Source: Eubacteriales bacterium (GTDB lineage: Bacteria > Bacillota > Clostridia > Oscillospirales > CAG-272). From it: a stretch of DNA of 59,141 nt. Location: NCBI GenBank assembly GCA_051867975.1, contig JBJDZM010000023.1, positions 1-59,141 on the forward strand. Direction: 5' to 3'. The position numbers and the translations under genes were made by a program. Shown piece after piece: positions 29,501 to 37,073 of the stretch. Position 1 is the first letter of the stretch. Each line of letters starts with the position of its first letter. Under the pieces are notes generated by a model. The model worked only from the letters and a program-made list of their open reading frames with translations. It did not search any database and was not told where the DNA came from.

Positions 29501-30246
29501 AGCTGACGCGTGCCGACGCATTGAGCCTCGGATATCCGCCCGTAACAGAGGAAAACCGAGCCGAGGTCGCAAAGCAGCAGACCGAATGTCAGAATAAGCT
29601 CAGGCATATCGGTTCCGTCGACCTTGACGCGGTAAATAAATATAACGAGGTCAAGGCGAGATACGACTATATGTCCGAGCAGATAACCGACCTTGAAAAA
29701 TCGAAGTCCGAGCTTGAAGGCATAATCCGCAAGCTGGAGAGCGAGATGAAGACGGCGTTTATCACGGCGTTTGACCAAATAAACGAGAATTTCGGTAAGA
29801 CCTTCTCCGAGCTTTTCGGCGGCGGCTCTGCCGAGATATACCTCACAGACCCCGAAAACGTGCTTGAAAGCGGAATTGAGATAAAGGCGGCACCTCCCGG
29901 AAAGATAATCAAGAATCTGATGCAGCTAAGCGGCGGCGAGCAGGCATTTATCGGAGTTGCGCTCTTCTTTGCAACGCTGAAGGTCAACCCCACGCCCTTC
30001 TGTATTCTCGACGAAATAGAAGCGGCGCTGGACGAGGTCAACGTCGAAAGACTTGCGCAGTATATCAAGCGTTATACCGACGGAACGCAGTTTATTATGA
30101 TAACGCACCGCCGAGGAACAATGGCGGCGGCGACGAGGCTCTACGGAGTGACCATGCCCGAGCATGGAATTTCAAAGATACTCACACTTGATGTCAAGGA
30201 CATTGAAAAGAAGAAGGATGGTGAATGGAATGGCATTTTTGAGTAA
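26593..30246 (+). CDS. smc: Chromosome segregation protein SMC
   Basis: GPNGSGKSN, coiled coils, hinge, LSGGE, LDEIEAALD. Confidence 0.97.
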   Translation: MYLKSIEMQGFKSFPDKTKLVFDASDAERDETGVTVIVGPNGSGKSNIADAMRWVLGEISSKTLRSTKMEDVIFGGADSRKPMGFAEVSVTFDNTKGPSRLECPYDEVTVTRRYFRAGESEYYINRRPVRLKDIYELFLNTGIGRDGYSIIGQGRIADMVSRKSEDRRDIFEDASGIAKFRHKKSEAERKLKATEENMVRINDVFSEVSAQIGPLEKESQKAKKAIELMEIKKKADVSLWLFDTEKYRADIAAAEDALRHSEFDLRNAEDSMQSLDARNAKLYEAAQSGKLAHNQLLNMIKESTGEIFKLDSEFRVNETNIKHTDELIETAKQSLSSSERAIAEEKIKSEVQKDKIGELEDAAGQNRERLEKIEDSIFDEKVKIDKCNKDIDTIFADIRAAEEEAVDIKVRISVLENARESGSDRNAGVLEDIESYEEESQRLEKSMKLKQKTVSEYDESISEIDLEIEKCDKELTKLNSDIGEKYGELNQKKLRLESCEQRIKTIKAMEEQFEGYNNSVRFVMKSYAEGKITDRHGAPCGKIYGPLSKVISVDTKYVTAIETALAQNLQHIVVEDDETAKNALFALKKAEAGRATFFPLEMERQSETHEMVEARRFQGYIAIASELCMCDGKFDGIIGSLLGRTLVFDNLDNANIMSRKLQRRVKVVTLDGQVINAGGSFTGGSVKQGGGMLSRADEIKRLMSEADELKVKVSKLSDETSKLKEKISDLTSDRTDLSDRKDLVSVLKNTELQALEKISGQFESNKALLDKLKEDYRQMLEAADRYDDDIAELKREEEAQNKKIEEYTAARESRHSKKVECEDRLRAFEDEKTAAVIRSSEIQKDIENSRALLEVSIERIRVCEEDINAAKARIDSYRAQVDNITVAQAENRKRYDEVQGELDKLNAKRAEVEEGNLEFDKKLAEINGMMRDKMAEKEMIFRVHTTNESRLENLREKYDKLASRLWDDYELTRADALSLGYPPVTEENRAEVAKQQTECQNKLRHIGSVDLDAVNKYNEVKARYDYMSEQITDLEKSKSELEGIIRKLESEMKTAFITAFDQINENFGKTFSELFGGGSAEIYLTDPENVLESGIEIKAAPPGKIIKNLMQLSGGEQAFIGVALFFATLKVNPTPFCILDEIEAALDEVNVERLAQYIKRYTDGTQFIMITHRRGTMAAATRLYGVTMPEHGISKILTLDVKDIEKKKDGEWNGIFE

Positions 30247-31540
30247 ACTTTTCGGGAAAAAGGACAAAGATAACGAAAAAAAACAAAACGAGGCACAACA
30301 GACCATACTCGATGACGATAATGACGGAGAGGAGGGCTTGACCGAGGAGGAGATAGCCGCCGCAGAGAGGTACGAGGAGGAGCATAGAGACGAGTTTATC
30401 GGGACTACTCCTCTTGACGTTGACGGCGAATTTCTCGACTTTGAAAGCCTGATTGATGACGATGAGGAATATGACGAGGAAGAATTTGAAGCACAAGAGG
30501 AAGATGAAGAGACGTTAGCAGACGTTGAGGCAGTCTACGGCACAGAGAGTGACGGGGCGGAAGAGTCAGAAGAGGAACCCGAAGAAGAACCCGAAGAAGA
30601 ACCTGAAGAAGAAACCGAAGAGGAAGAAGACAAGGTATCCTTCTGGGAAAAACTCAAAAACGGACTTGCAAAGACCAAAAACGCGCTTTTCGGCTCGGTT
30701 CACGACCTGCTTTCAAACTTCGTCCGAGTTGACGAGGACATGCTCGACGAGCTTGAAGAGCTGCTTATCATGTCGGACATCGGAGTCAATGCGACAGAGC
30801 AGATAATCGACGAGCTTCGCGCGCGCATCAAGGACGGCAGACTTAAAGAAAAGGAGCAGGTCGTAGGTGCGCTCAAGGAAATTCTTTCCGAGATGATAGG
30901 CGAGCATCAGCCCTTGGTGCTTGAGACGAAGCCGTCTGTCATTCTCGTTATCGGCGTAAACGGTGCGGGAAAGACGACGTCTATCGGAAAAATGTCAAAG
31001 AGACTTCGCCTCTCGGGCAAAAAGGTAGTTGTCGCGGCGGCGGATACCTTCCGTGCGGCGGCTATCGACCAGCTTGAGGTCTGGTGTCAGAGAGCGCGTG
31101 TCGATATCGTCAAGCAGAGTGAGGGAAGCGACCCTGCGGCGGTCGTGTTCGACGCTATCAGCTACGCAAAGAAAAAGGAAGCCGACGTGCTTGTCATCGA
31201 CACGGCAGGAAGACTTCACAACAAGGCAAACCTTATGAATGAGCTTGCAAAGATAAACAGAGTTATCGACCGCGAGCTGCCGGGGGCATCGCGCGAAAAC
31301 CTGCTCGTGCTTGACGCGACGACGGGACAAAATGCCGTAATTCAGGCAAAAGAGTTCAGCAAAGCGGCGAATATCACGGGAATTACACTCAACAAGCTCG
31401 ACGGAACTGCAAAGGGAGGAATCGTGATTTCAATCAAGCAGGAGCTTGGAATCCCCGTCAAGTTCATCGGTGTCGGCGAGAAGATCGACGACATGCAGGA
31501 GTTTGACGCAACACAGTTTATTGACGCATTGTTTGAATGA
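30230..31540 (+). CDS. ftsY: SRP receptor FtsY with acidic N-terminal domain
   Basis: GVNGAGKTT, DTFRAAA, DTAGR, KLDGTAKGG. Confidence 0.96.
   Translation: MAFLSKLFGKKDKDNEKKQNEAQQTILDDDNDGEEGLTEEEIAAAERYEEEHRDEFIGTTPLDVDGEFLDFESLIDDDEEYDEEEFEAQEEDEETLADVEAVYGTESDGAEESEEEPEEEPEEEPEEETEEEEDKVSFWEKLKNGLAKTKNALFGSVHDLLSNFVRVDEDMLDELEELLIMSDIGVNATEQIIDELRARIKDGRLKEKEQVVGALKEILSEMIGEHQPLVLETKPSVILVIGVNGAGKTTSIGKMSKRLRLSGKKVVVAAADTFRAAAIDQLEVWCQRARVDIVKQSEGSDPAAVVFDAISYAKKKEADVLVIDTAGRLHNKANLMNELAKINRVIDRELPGASRENLLVLDATTGQNAVIQAKEFSKAANITGITLNKLDGTAKGGIVISIKQELGIPVKFIGVGEKIDDMQEFDATQFIDALFE
30569..30628 (+). repeat. 12-bp coding tandem repeat (EEEP)n in ftsY
   Basis: GAAGAGGAACCC GAAGAAGAACCC GAAGAAGAACCT GAAGAAGAAACC GAAGAGGAAGAA. 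Confidence 0.8.
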
Positions 31541-31541
31541 T

Positions 31542-32156
31542 ATGAAGATAGTATTGGCATCGAGAAATAAAAAGAAAAAAGCCGAGCTTCTCTCTCTGCT
31601 CTCGGAGTACATCGAGGGAATCGAGATACTTTCTCTCGACGATGTCGGAATTTACGGCGAGATAGAGGAAGACGGCGAGACATTCGAGGAAAATGCGCTT
31701 ATCAAGGCGCGCGTCGCGGCGACGTCCGGATATATCGGTGTCGGCGACGACTCGGGACTTGAGGTCGATGCGCTCGGCGGCGCGCCGGGTGTTTACTCGG
31801 CGAGATATTCGGGAGAGCACGGAGACGACGAGGCGAACAATACCCTTTTGCTGAAAAACCTTGAGGGCGAGCGCAACAGACACGCCCGATTTGTCTCATG
31901 TATAGCCTGCGTTTTCCCCGAAAAATACGGAATTGAGCCTTTCACGGTGAGAGGATGCGTTGAGGGTGAAATACTTTCCGAGAGGCACGGCGGGGGAGGA
32001 TTCGGATATGATCCGCTCTTCTACTATGCGCCCCTCGGCAAGACTCTTGCCGAGGTCACGGCAGATGAAAAGAACAGAGTCAGTCACAGGGCGAATGCGA
32101 TAAGGTCATTCGCGGAAAAACTAAAAACAATTAAAGTTGAGGATATGGAATGTTAA
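31542..32156 (+). CDS. rdgB: Non-canonical purine NTP pyrophosphatase (RdgB/HAM1)
   Basis: ENALIKA, DDSGL, PGVYSARY, GFGYDP, SHR. Confidence 0.95.
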   Translation: MKIVLASRNKKKKAELLSLLSEYIEGIEILSLDDVGIYGEIEEDGETFEENALIKARVAATSGYIGVGDDSGLEVDALGGAPGVYSARYSGEHGDDEANNTLLLKNLEGERNRHARFVSCIACVFPEKYGIEPFTVRGCVEGEILSERHGGGGFGYDPLFYYAPLGKTLAEVTADEKNRVSHRANAIRSFAEKLKTIKVEDMEC

Positions 32157-32443
32157 CATCAAAACAGAGAGCATATTTGCGCGGACTCGGCACGTCCTGC
32201 CCCGCCATTATGCAGGTAGGAAAGGGCGGAATCACCGAAAACCTTTTGAAGACAGTCTCCGATGCACTTGAAGCGCGCGAGCTTGTAAAGCTTTCGGTGC
32301 TTGAAAACTGCGCGGAGACACCGAGAGAGATACTCGACAAGCTTTGCGCCGAGCTTTGCGCTGAAGGCGTGGCGTGCGTTGGGAAAAAGATAATTCTCTA
32401 CCGTGAATCGGTCGAGAAGAAGACGATAATCCTGCCGAGATAA
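32150..32443 (+). CDS. yhbY: YhbY/CRM RNA-binding protein
   Basis: LTSKQRAYLR, QVGKGG, ELVK, ILYR. Confidence 0.93.
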   Translation: MLTSKQRAYLRGLGTSCPAIMQVGKGGITENLLKTVSDALEARELVKLSVLENCAETPREILDKLCAELCAEGVACVGKKIILYRESVEKKTIILPR

Positions 32444-32444
32444 A

Positions 32445-33035
32445 ATGCTGAGAGTAGGAGTATATATGGGGACATTTGCCCCGATACACAAAGGACACGT
32501 TGAGGCGGCACGAGCCTTTATAGAACAAATGTGGCTTGATGTTCTTTTCGTCGTGCCGACATGTAACCGAGCAGCGCAAGACGTGAGCGACGAAGACAGA
32601 ACCGAGTGCTGCCGTATTGCCTTTCGAAATATTGACGGAGTGATCGTCAGCGACATGGCGATAAGACGGGGCGACGGAGACCGCATCTCTATTCTTCGGG
32701 AACTTTCCGAGGGCGGAGACCGCAGACTTTTCATGCTCTGCGGAAGTGACGAGATGCTGACTCTTGACAAGCACGATAACGTCGGAGAGATATTCAAGCT
32801 CTGCTATCCGGTCTATGCCCGCCGTGAAAATGACCGTTCGCTTGACACTGAAATAGTCGCAAAGAATACCGAGTATTTTGAGAAATACGGAAGATATGTC
32901 ATCAAGCTTGATGCTCCCGTCACTGAGATCTCATCGGGAGAAATACGCAGGATGATAAAGGACGGCGAGGATGTGTCAGAATACCTGGACAGTGAGGTCC
33001 TAAAATATATAAACGAAAAGGAGCAATACAGATGA
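32445..33035 (+). CDS. nadD: Divergent nicotinate-nucleotide adenylyltransferase-like protein
   Basis: GTFAPIHKGH, ISSGEIR and yhbY-nadD-yqeK-rsfS synteny; substrate motifs altered. Confidence 0.7.
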   Translation: MLRVGVYMGTFAPIHKGHVEAARAFIEQMWLDVLFVVPTCNRAAQDVSDEDRTECCRIAFRNIDGVIVSDMAIRRGDGDRISILRELSEGGDRRLFMLCGSDEMLTLDKHDNVGEIFKLCYPVYARRENDRSLDTEIVAKNTEYFEKYGRYVIKLDAPVTEISSGEIRRMIKDGEDVSEYLDSEVLKYINEKEQYR

Positions 33036-33673
33036 GAGAGCAGATAAGTGATGAAATGCTTGACTCACTCAGAAACAGCTTAAAGACGAAAATGTCGGGG
33101 TACAGATTGGCGCACACCTTCGGAGTTGAAGAAATGGCGCGAAGGATAGGCGAGATATACTGCCCCGAAAAGGTGAACATGCTGCGCGCCGCGGCACTTC
33201 TTCACGACATTACAAAGGAGTTGTCAACCGAAGACCACAAAAACATCTTCTCAAAGCACGGCATGGAGATGAGCCGTGAGATGGAGGAGGCGTACCCGAC
33301 ACAGCACGCGGCAAGCGCCGCGCTTGAGATTCCGGATAGGTATCCGGAATTTTCGGACAGAGAGATAGTGGATGCGGTGAGATATCACACGACGGGACGG
33401 GCGGACATGAGCCTGTGTGAGAAGATAATCTACCTGTCTGACTACATCGATTCGACACGTACATACAGCGATTGCATATTGCTTCGCGATATGTTCTGGG
33501 GCGCTCATCCCGAGAATATGACACAGAAAGAGCGGCTTTTGCATCTTGACAGAGTCGTACTCAAATCATTTGAACTTACGATAGAGGACCTCAAGGAGAA
33601 CAACAAACCGGTAAGCCGCGAGACGGAACAGGCAAGGGATTTCCTGCAAAAACAAATAAATGAAACGAAATAA
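33032..33673 (+). CDS. yqeK: YqeK HD-domain Ap4A hydrolase
   Basis: R.AHT, LLHDITKE, RYHTTG, IYLSDYI. Confidence 0.88.
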   Translation: MREQISDEMLDSLRNSLKTKMSGYRLAHTFGVEEMARRIGEIYCPEKVNMLRAAALLHDITKELSTEDHKNIFSKHGMEMSREMEEAYPTQHAASAALEIPDRYPEFSDREIVDAVRYHTTGRADMSLCEKIIYLSDYIDSTRTYSDCILLRDMFWGAHPENMTQKERLLHLDRVVLKSFELTIEDLKENNKPVSRETEQARDFLQKQINETK

Positions 33674-33681
33674 AAAGGAAT

Positions 33682-34056
33682 ATGAACATGGAAGAAAACA
33701 GAAATGAAGAAATAAAATCATTGAGAGGTGCCGAACCCGAGGATCTGGCGCAGGCAATTGCCGACATCCTTGACAACAAAAAGGCTAAAGACGTAAAGAT
33801 TATAAAGGTCAGTGACAAGACGATTATCGCAGACTACTTCGTGCTTGCAAACGGAAACACCTCAACTCACGTTCGCTCGCTTGCCGACGAGGTTGAGTTC
33901 AAGCTCGCACAGGCGGGAGTAGAGGAAATAAGACGCGACGGCGGGGGCGGAGCGGAATGGAGAGTGCTTGACTATGCAAGCGTTATCGTCCACATATTTG
34001 ACCGCGAGGCGCGCGAATTTTATAAACTCGATAAGCTTTATAGCGATTTTGAATAA
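33682..34056 (+). CDS. rsfS: Ribosome silencing factor
   Basis: KKAKD, ADYFV, WRVLDY, VHIF..EAREFYKLDKL. Confidence 0.95.
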   Translation: MNMEENRNEEIKSLRGAEPEDLAQAIADILDNKKAKDVKIIKVSDKTIIADYFVLANGNTSTHVRSLADEVEFKLAQAGVEEIRRDGGGGAEWRVLDYASVIVHIFDREAREFYKLDKLYSDFE

Positions 34057-34087
34057 TGGAGAGCTTGCGGAAACGGGGGAAATGATA

Positions 34088-34213
34088 ATGAAATATATGG
34101 AATACAAGGCTCCCGAGGTTGAGCTGATTTGTGCCGACATCGATATTCTTACTTTCAGTCCGGAACTTGAAAATGACGAGAAATGGAATCTTGGCGGAGT
34201 ACCGCTCACATAA
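34088..34213 (+). CDS. 41-aa peptide with YxxP leader-like motif
   Basis: MKYMEYKAPEVELICADIDILTFSPELENDEKWNLGGVPLT; GGGGGA RBS; lies before the operon terminator. Confidence 0.55.
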   Translation: MKYMEYKAPEVELICADIDILTFSPELENDEKWNLGGVPLT

Positions 34214-34249
34214 AGCCTAAAAGAAAATGCAGTTAAAACCGTATATAGC

Positions 34250-34288
34250 AAAAAACAAGGGTTTCAAACGGGAAACCCTTGTTTTTTT
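34250..34288. terminator. Bidirectional terminator
   Basis: AAAAAACAAGGGTTTC/GAAACCCTTGTTTTTT between convergent operons. Confidence 0.85.
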
Positions 34289-34350
34289 GTGCTAAATTCG
34301 AAGTTTAGGATATCATTTTTCGGGATTCAGCGACAATGTTTCAATTAATT

Positions 34351-35151
34351 CTATCCTTTGAACATCGCTCCGATGCCTTTTATGAGCAGAGAGAGCAAGA
34401 GCAAAAGAGCTAAGAACAGAATTGAAAGCGAGAGAAAAGCGGACAGGAGAGAGCCGAATGAGACGGCTGTCCCAACGAATGAAAAAAACGCGTCCCGTGA
34501 TATGAGATAGATAATTCCGTCGACTAAAAGCAAAATTATTGATATAAAGAGAAGTCCGCGCAGACTGCTTTTTATGTCCGATGCGCTCATTTCCATGTGC
34601 GTTGATATCATGACAGCCAAAACCATGAATACCCACCAGCGCCATGAGGTGAAATTATGGGGTGAGAACAGTGCTTTTATCATACCCCAAACGAAACTCG
34701 ATACCGTAGAAACCGGTGAACCCCCAAAATGCAGGGTGTGCATTTCCGACGTGACCGAGCCGAACGTACCGGGAGTGAGTATGAGCATAAAGAGCAGGAC
34801 GAATGCACCGCCGAGAAGTACGGGCGCAGTTCCGATAAAGAAATTGCCGATTTGATGGTAGATATTCTTTTTATTATATGTATGACTGACGTGTCCGAGC
34901 GAGCCGTCGGTCGATTTTGGCTGATAAAACTTGATTTCGGTTACCTTGTGTCCGAAAAGCAGACACATCGCGGCGTGGCTCAACTCATGTATCGGCGTGC
35001 CGACAATTCCCGTCACAAGCAGCAGCTTCGGACCGTGTTTGCCCGCAACCGAGCAAAAACCGCGCCGCAGAAGTGAGATTATCCAACCGAAAAGAAATAT
35101 TACTCCCGCTGTCGAGACAATTTGAGTCAAAAAACCTATAAATAAGTCCAT
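34351..35151 (-). CDS. Membrane metallopeptidase (M50-like)
   Basis: GTPIHELSH (HExxH), LGHV, FFIGTAP, multiple TM segments. Confidence 0.7.
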   Translation of the reverse strand: MDLFIGFLTQIVSTAGVIFLFGWIISLLRRGFCSVAGKHGPKLLLVTGIVGTPIHELSHAAMCLLFGHKVTEIKFYQPKSTDGSLGHVSHTYNKKNIYHQIGNFFIGTAPVLLGGAFVLLFMLILTPGTFGSVTSEMHTLHFGGSPVSTVSSFVWGMIKALFSPHNFTSWRWWVFMVLAVMISTHMEMSASDIKSSLRGLLFISIILLLVDGIIYLISRDAFFSFVGTAVSFGSLLSAFLSLSILFLALLLLLSLLIKGIGAMFKG

Positions 35152-35161
35152 ATGTACACCG

Positions 35162-35884
35162 TCAATTTCCTTTGTATGACTCGATTGCGTCAATATCGTT
35201 GCGTGTCAGCTTGCAAGCGAGATTTTCGGTATCGTTGTCATAAATAAGAAGAGTTCCGTAAGGCTCTTTGTCGTAATCAATATCACCGACGTAATAAAAA
35301 TCTGCATAGACCGCTATTACGCTGTCGTCGATCTTTATCCCGTCGAAAACAAATTTTCTGTAATTGTAAAGCGTTTTTTTCGCCGAGACAGACTTGGTTG
35401 CGAAAAACCGCTCGTATCTTACGGCTTCGGGAGTTTTTCCGTCGTTGTCATCGGGGTTGTCGGGAGTCAGATCGTACATTACGGTAATCGTCACGTTGTA
35501 AACATCCTCGTCGCGCGAGGGAACAGAGTCGAGCTTATAGTCTTCCTTTGTGTACTTCAGCGTGCTGTTATTGTATCGGAATACGAACTGTATCTGGTCG
35601 ATATCCCGAATGATCGTTGATTGCGTTATTGCAAAATAGCCGTAATTTTCCTCTGCACGGGTGAATTTTGACTGCTCCTGCGTAAAAATGTCGAGCTTGC
35701 CGTCCTGCTCTCTGTAAGCGTCGGCGAGCTTGTCTGTGACGATTATCGTGTCCATTTCGCGCGGGTCATTATTGCTGTCAATAATTCTCCAGAGTAAAAG
35801 GATTACTACGGCGGCAATCACAAGAGTACACAGTGCCTTGAAAATAAAGCCTGCGATGCGCCATTTGTATATGTTTCGAGCCAT
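35162..35884 (-). CDS. Hypothetical membrane-anchored protein
   Basis: Single N-terminal TM, Tyr/Asp-rich domain, in operon with RBS. Confidence 0.75.
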   Translation of the reverse strand: MARNIYKWRIAGFIFKALCTLVIAAVVILLLWRIIDSNNDPREMDTIIVTDKLADAYREQDGKLDIFTQEQSKFTRAEENYGYFAITQSTIIRDIDQIQFVFRYNNSTLKYTKEDYKLDSVPSRDEDVYNVTITVMYDLTPDNPDDNDGKTPEAVRYERFFATKSVSAKKTLYNYRKFVFDGIKIDDSVIAVYADFYYVGDIDYDKEPYGTLLIYDNDTENLACKLTRNDIDAIESYKGN

Positions 35885-35894
35885 TTTTGTCCTC

Positions 35895-36359
35895 TCAGTT
35901 CATATTTTTCAGCCTGTCGAGCGCGTTTTGAAGAATTATTTGCGCGGAAAGTGTGTCGATAACGTTTTTTCTTTTTTGACCGCGAGTGTCGGTCTCGTTG
36001 AGGTAGCGCGACGCCGCCATGGTCGTCATTCGCTCGTCAAGCATGACTACGGGCATGTTTGGGACACCGCTCTCGGTCATTTTTTCGGAGAGAACGGACG
36101 CAAATTTTTGAGCATGCTCGGCGCGCGGACCGAGCGAGCCGTTCATGTTGACGGGAAGACCTATGACAACACCGCCCGTGATACCCTCGCTCTTGATTAT
36201 CTCGCATATCTTCTCGGCAGTCTTCTGCATACCGCCGACGCTTATCTGCCCGATGCCGGATGCCAAAAGACGAGTTCTGTCGGACACGGCAAGCCCCGTG
36301 CGTTTGTCGCCGAAGTCGACTCCGAGAATTTTACCGCTTGTCGCTTTTATTCTTTGCAT
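35895..36359 (-). CDS. yqgF: YqgF/RuvX pre-16S rRNA nuclease
   Basis: ILGVDFGDKRTGLAVSD, GLPVNMNG, DERMTT, IDTLSA..IL. Confidence 0.93.
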   Translation of the reverse strand: MQRIKATSGKILGVDFGDKRTGLAVSDRTRLLASGIGQISVGGMQKTAEKICEIIKSEGITGGVVIGLPVNMNGSLGPRAEHAQKFASVLSEKMTESGVPNMPVVMLDERMTTMAASRYLNETDTRGQKRKNVIDTLSAQIILQNALDRLKNMN

Positions 36360-36365
36360 TATAAA

Positions 36366-36482
36366 CTCCATTCTGCCGCTTGCGGCAGTGCAAAAAGTAA
36401 TCGGTGAAAATTGCCGAGCAAAATTCGTGCGTGAAACAGGTTGCTTCACCGTTAAACAGAAGTCACTTTCACGCAAATCTCC
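36366..36482 (-). repeat. Dispersed structured intergenic element, copy B
   Basis: About 85% identical by hand alignment to 55249-55365. Confidence 0.85.
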
Positions 36483-36489
36483 GAAAAAA

Positions 36490-36825
36490 TTAAAACTTAA
36501 ATTCTGCCGACGTAAGGCTTATAAGCAGCTTTAGATTGTCGGGCTGGATCTTTGCCTCATGCGCGGCGCGGTTGCGGTGTATCTCACCGCAACCGGTGCA
36601 TTTGTGAATGATAATGTAGCCCTTTTTTGCGTCGGTTATCACCTTGACAGGTTCCATCGGCGCGCGACATTCGCAGGCACGGTCGCCGGGATTGACGTCG
36701 ACGTGAAGTGACCAAAGGCAAAATGGGCAGTGGTTGCGAGAGGTGAAGCCTAAGGGCTTGACCTCCCGTCCGCAGTGAGCGCAGATAAAGCCCGAGTCAT
36801 TTTTTGTAAATAATTTCTGTTCCAT
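36490..36825 (-). CDS. RNHCP domain protein
   Basis: FICAHCG, RNHCPFCLWSLHVD..PGDR. Confidence 0.9.
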   Translation of the reverse strand: MEQKLFTKNDSGFICAHCGREVKPLGFTSRNHCPFCLWSLHVDVNPGDRACECRAPMEPVKVITDAKKGYIIIHKCTGCGEIHRNRAAHEAKIQPDNLKLLISLTSAEFKF

Positions 36826-36872
36826 TATTCTTCATTGACCGTATCACAGAGAGCGTCGGTGAGGTCAACGCC

Positions 36873-37070
36873 TTATTTTTTTAAATGTTTTTTCGTGCCG
36901 TCGGGATACTCAATAACCGTATTGTCAAGCTGGGCTTTGAAATTCTTACGGAATTCTGCGAGAAACTCCTGACGGAGCTTCTCACGGTCGGCAATCTCCT
37001 CGGGTGTCAGCACCTCGCCTGCCTTGACACGGCGTGAGTATTCGTTTAGCTTTTCGGTTCTTGATGACAT
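36873..37070 (-). CDS. DUF896 (YnzC-like) protein
   Basis: LTPEE..R..LRQE....R.NFKAQLDN....PDG. Confidence 0.85.
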   Translation of the reverse strand: MSSRTEKLNEYSRRVKAGEVLTPEEIADREKLRQEFLAEFRKNFKAQLDNTVIEYPDGTKKHLKK

Positions 37071-37073
37071 TTC

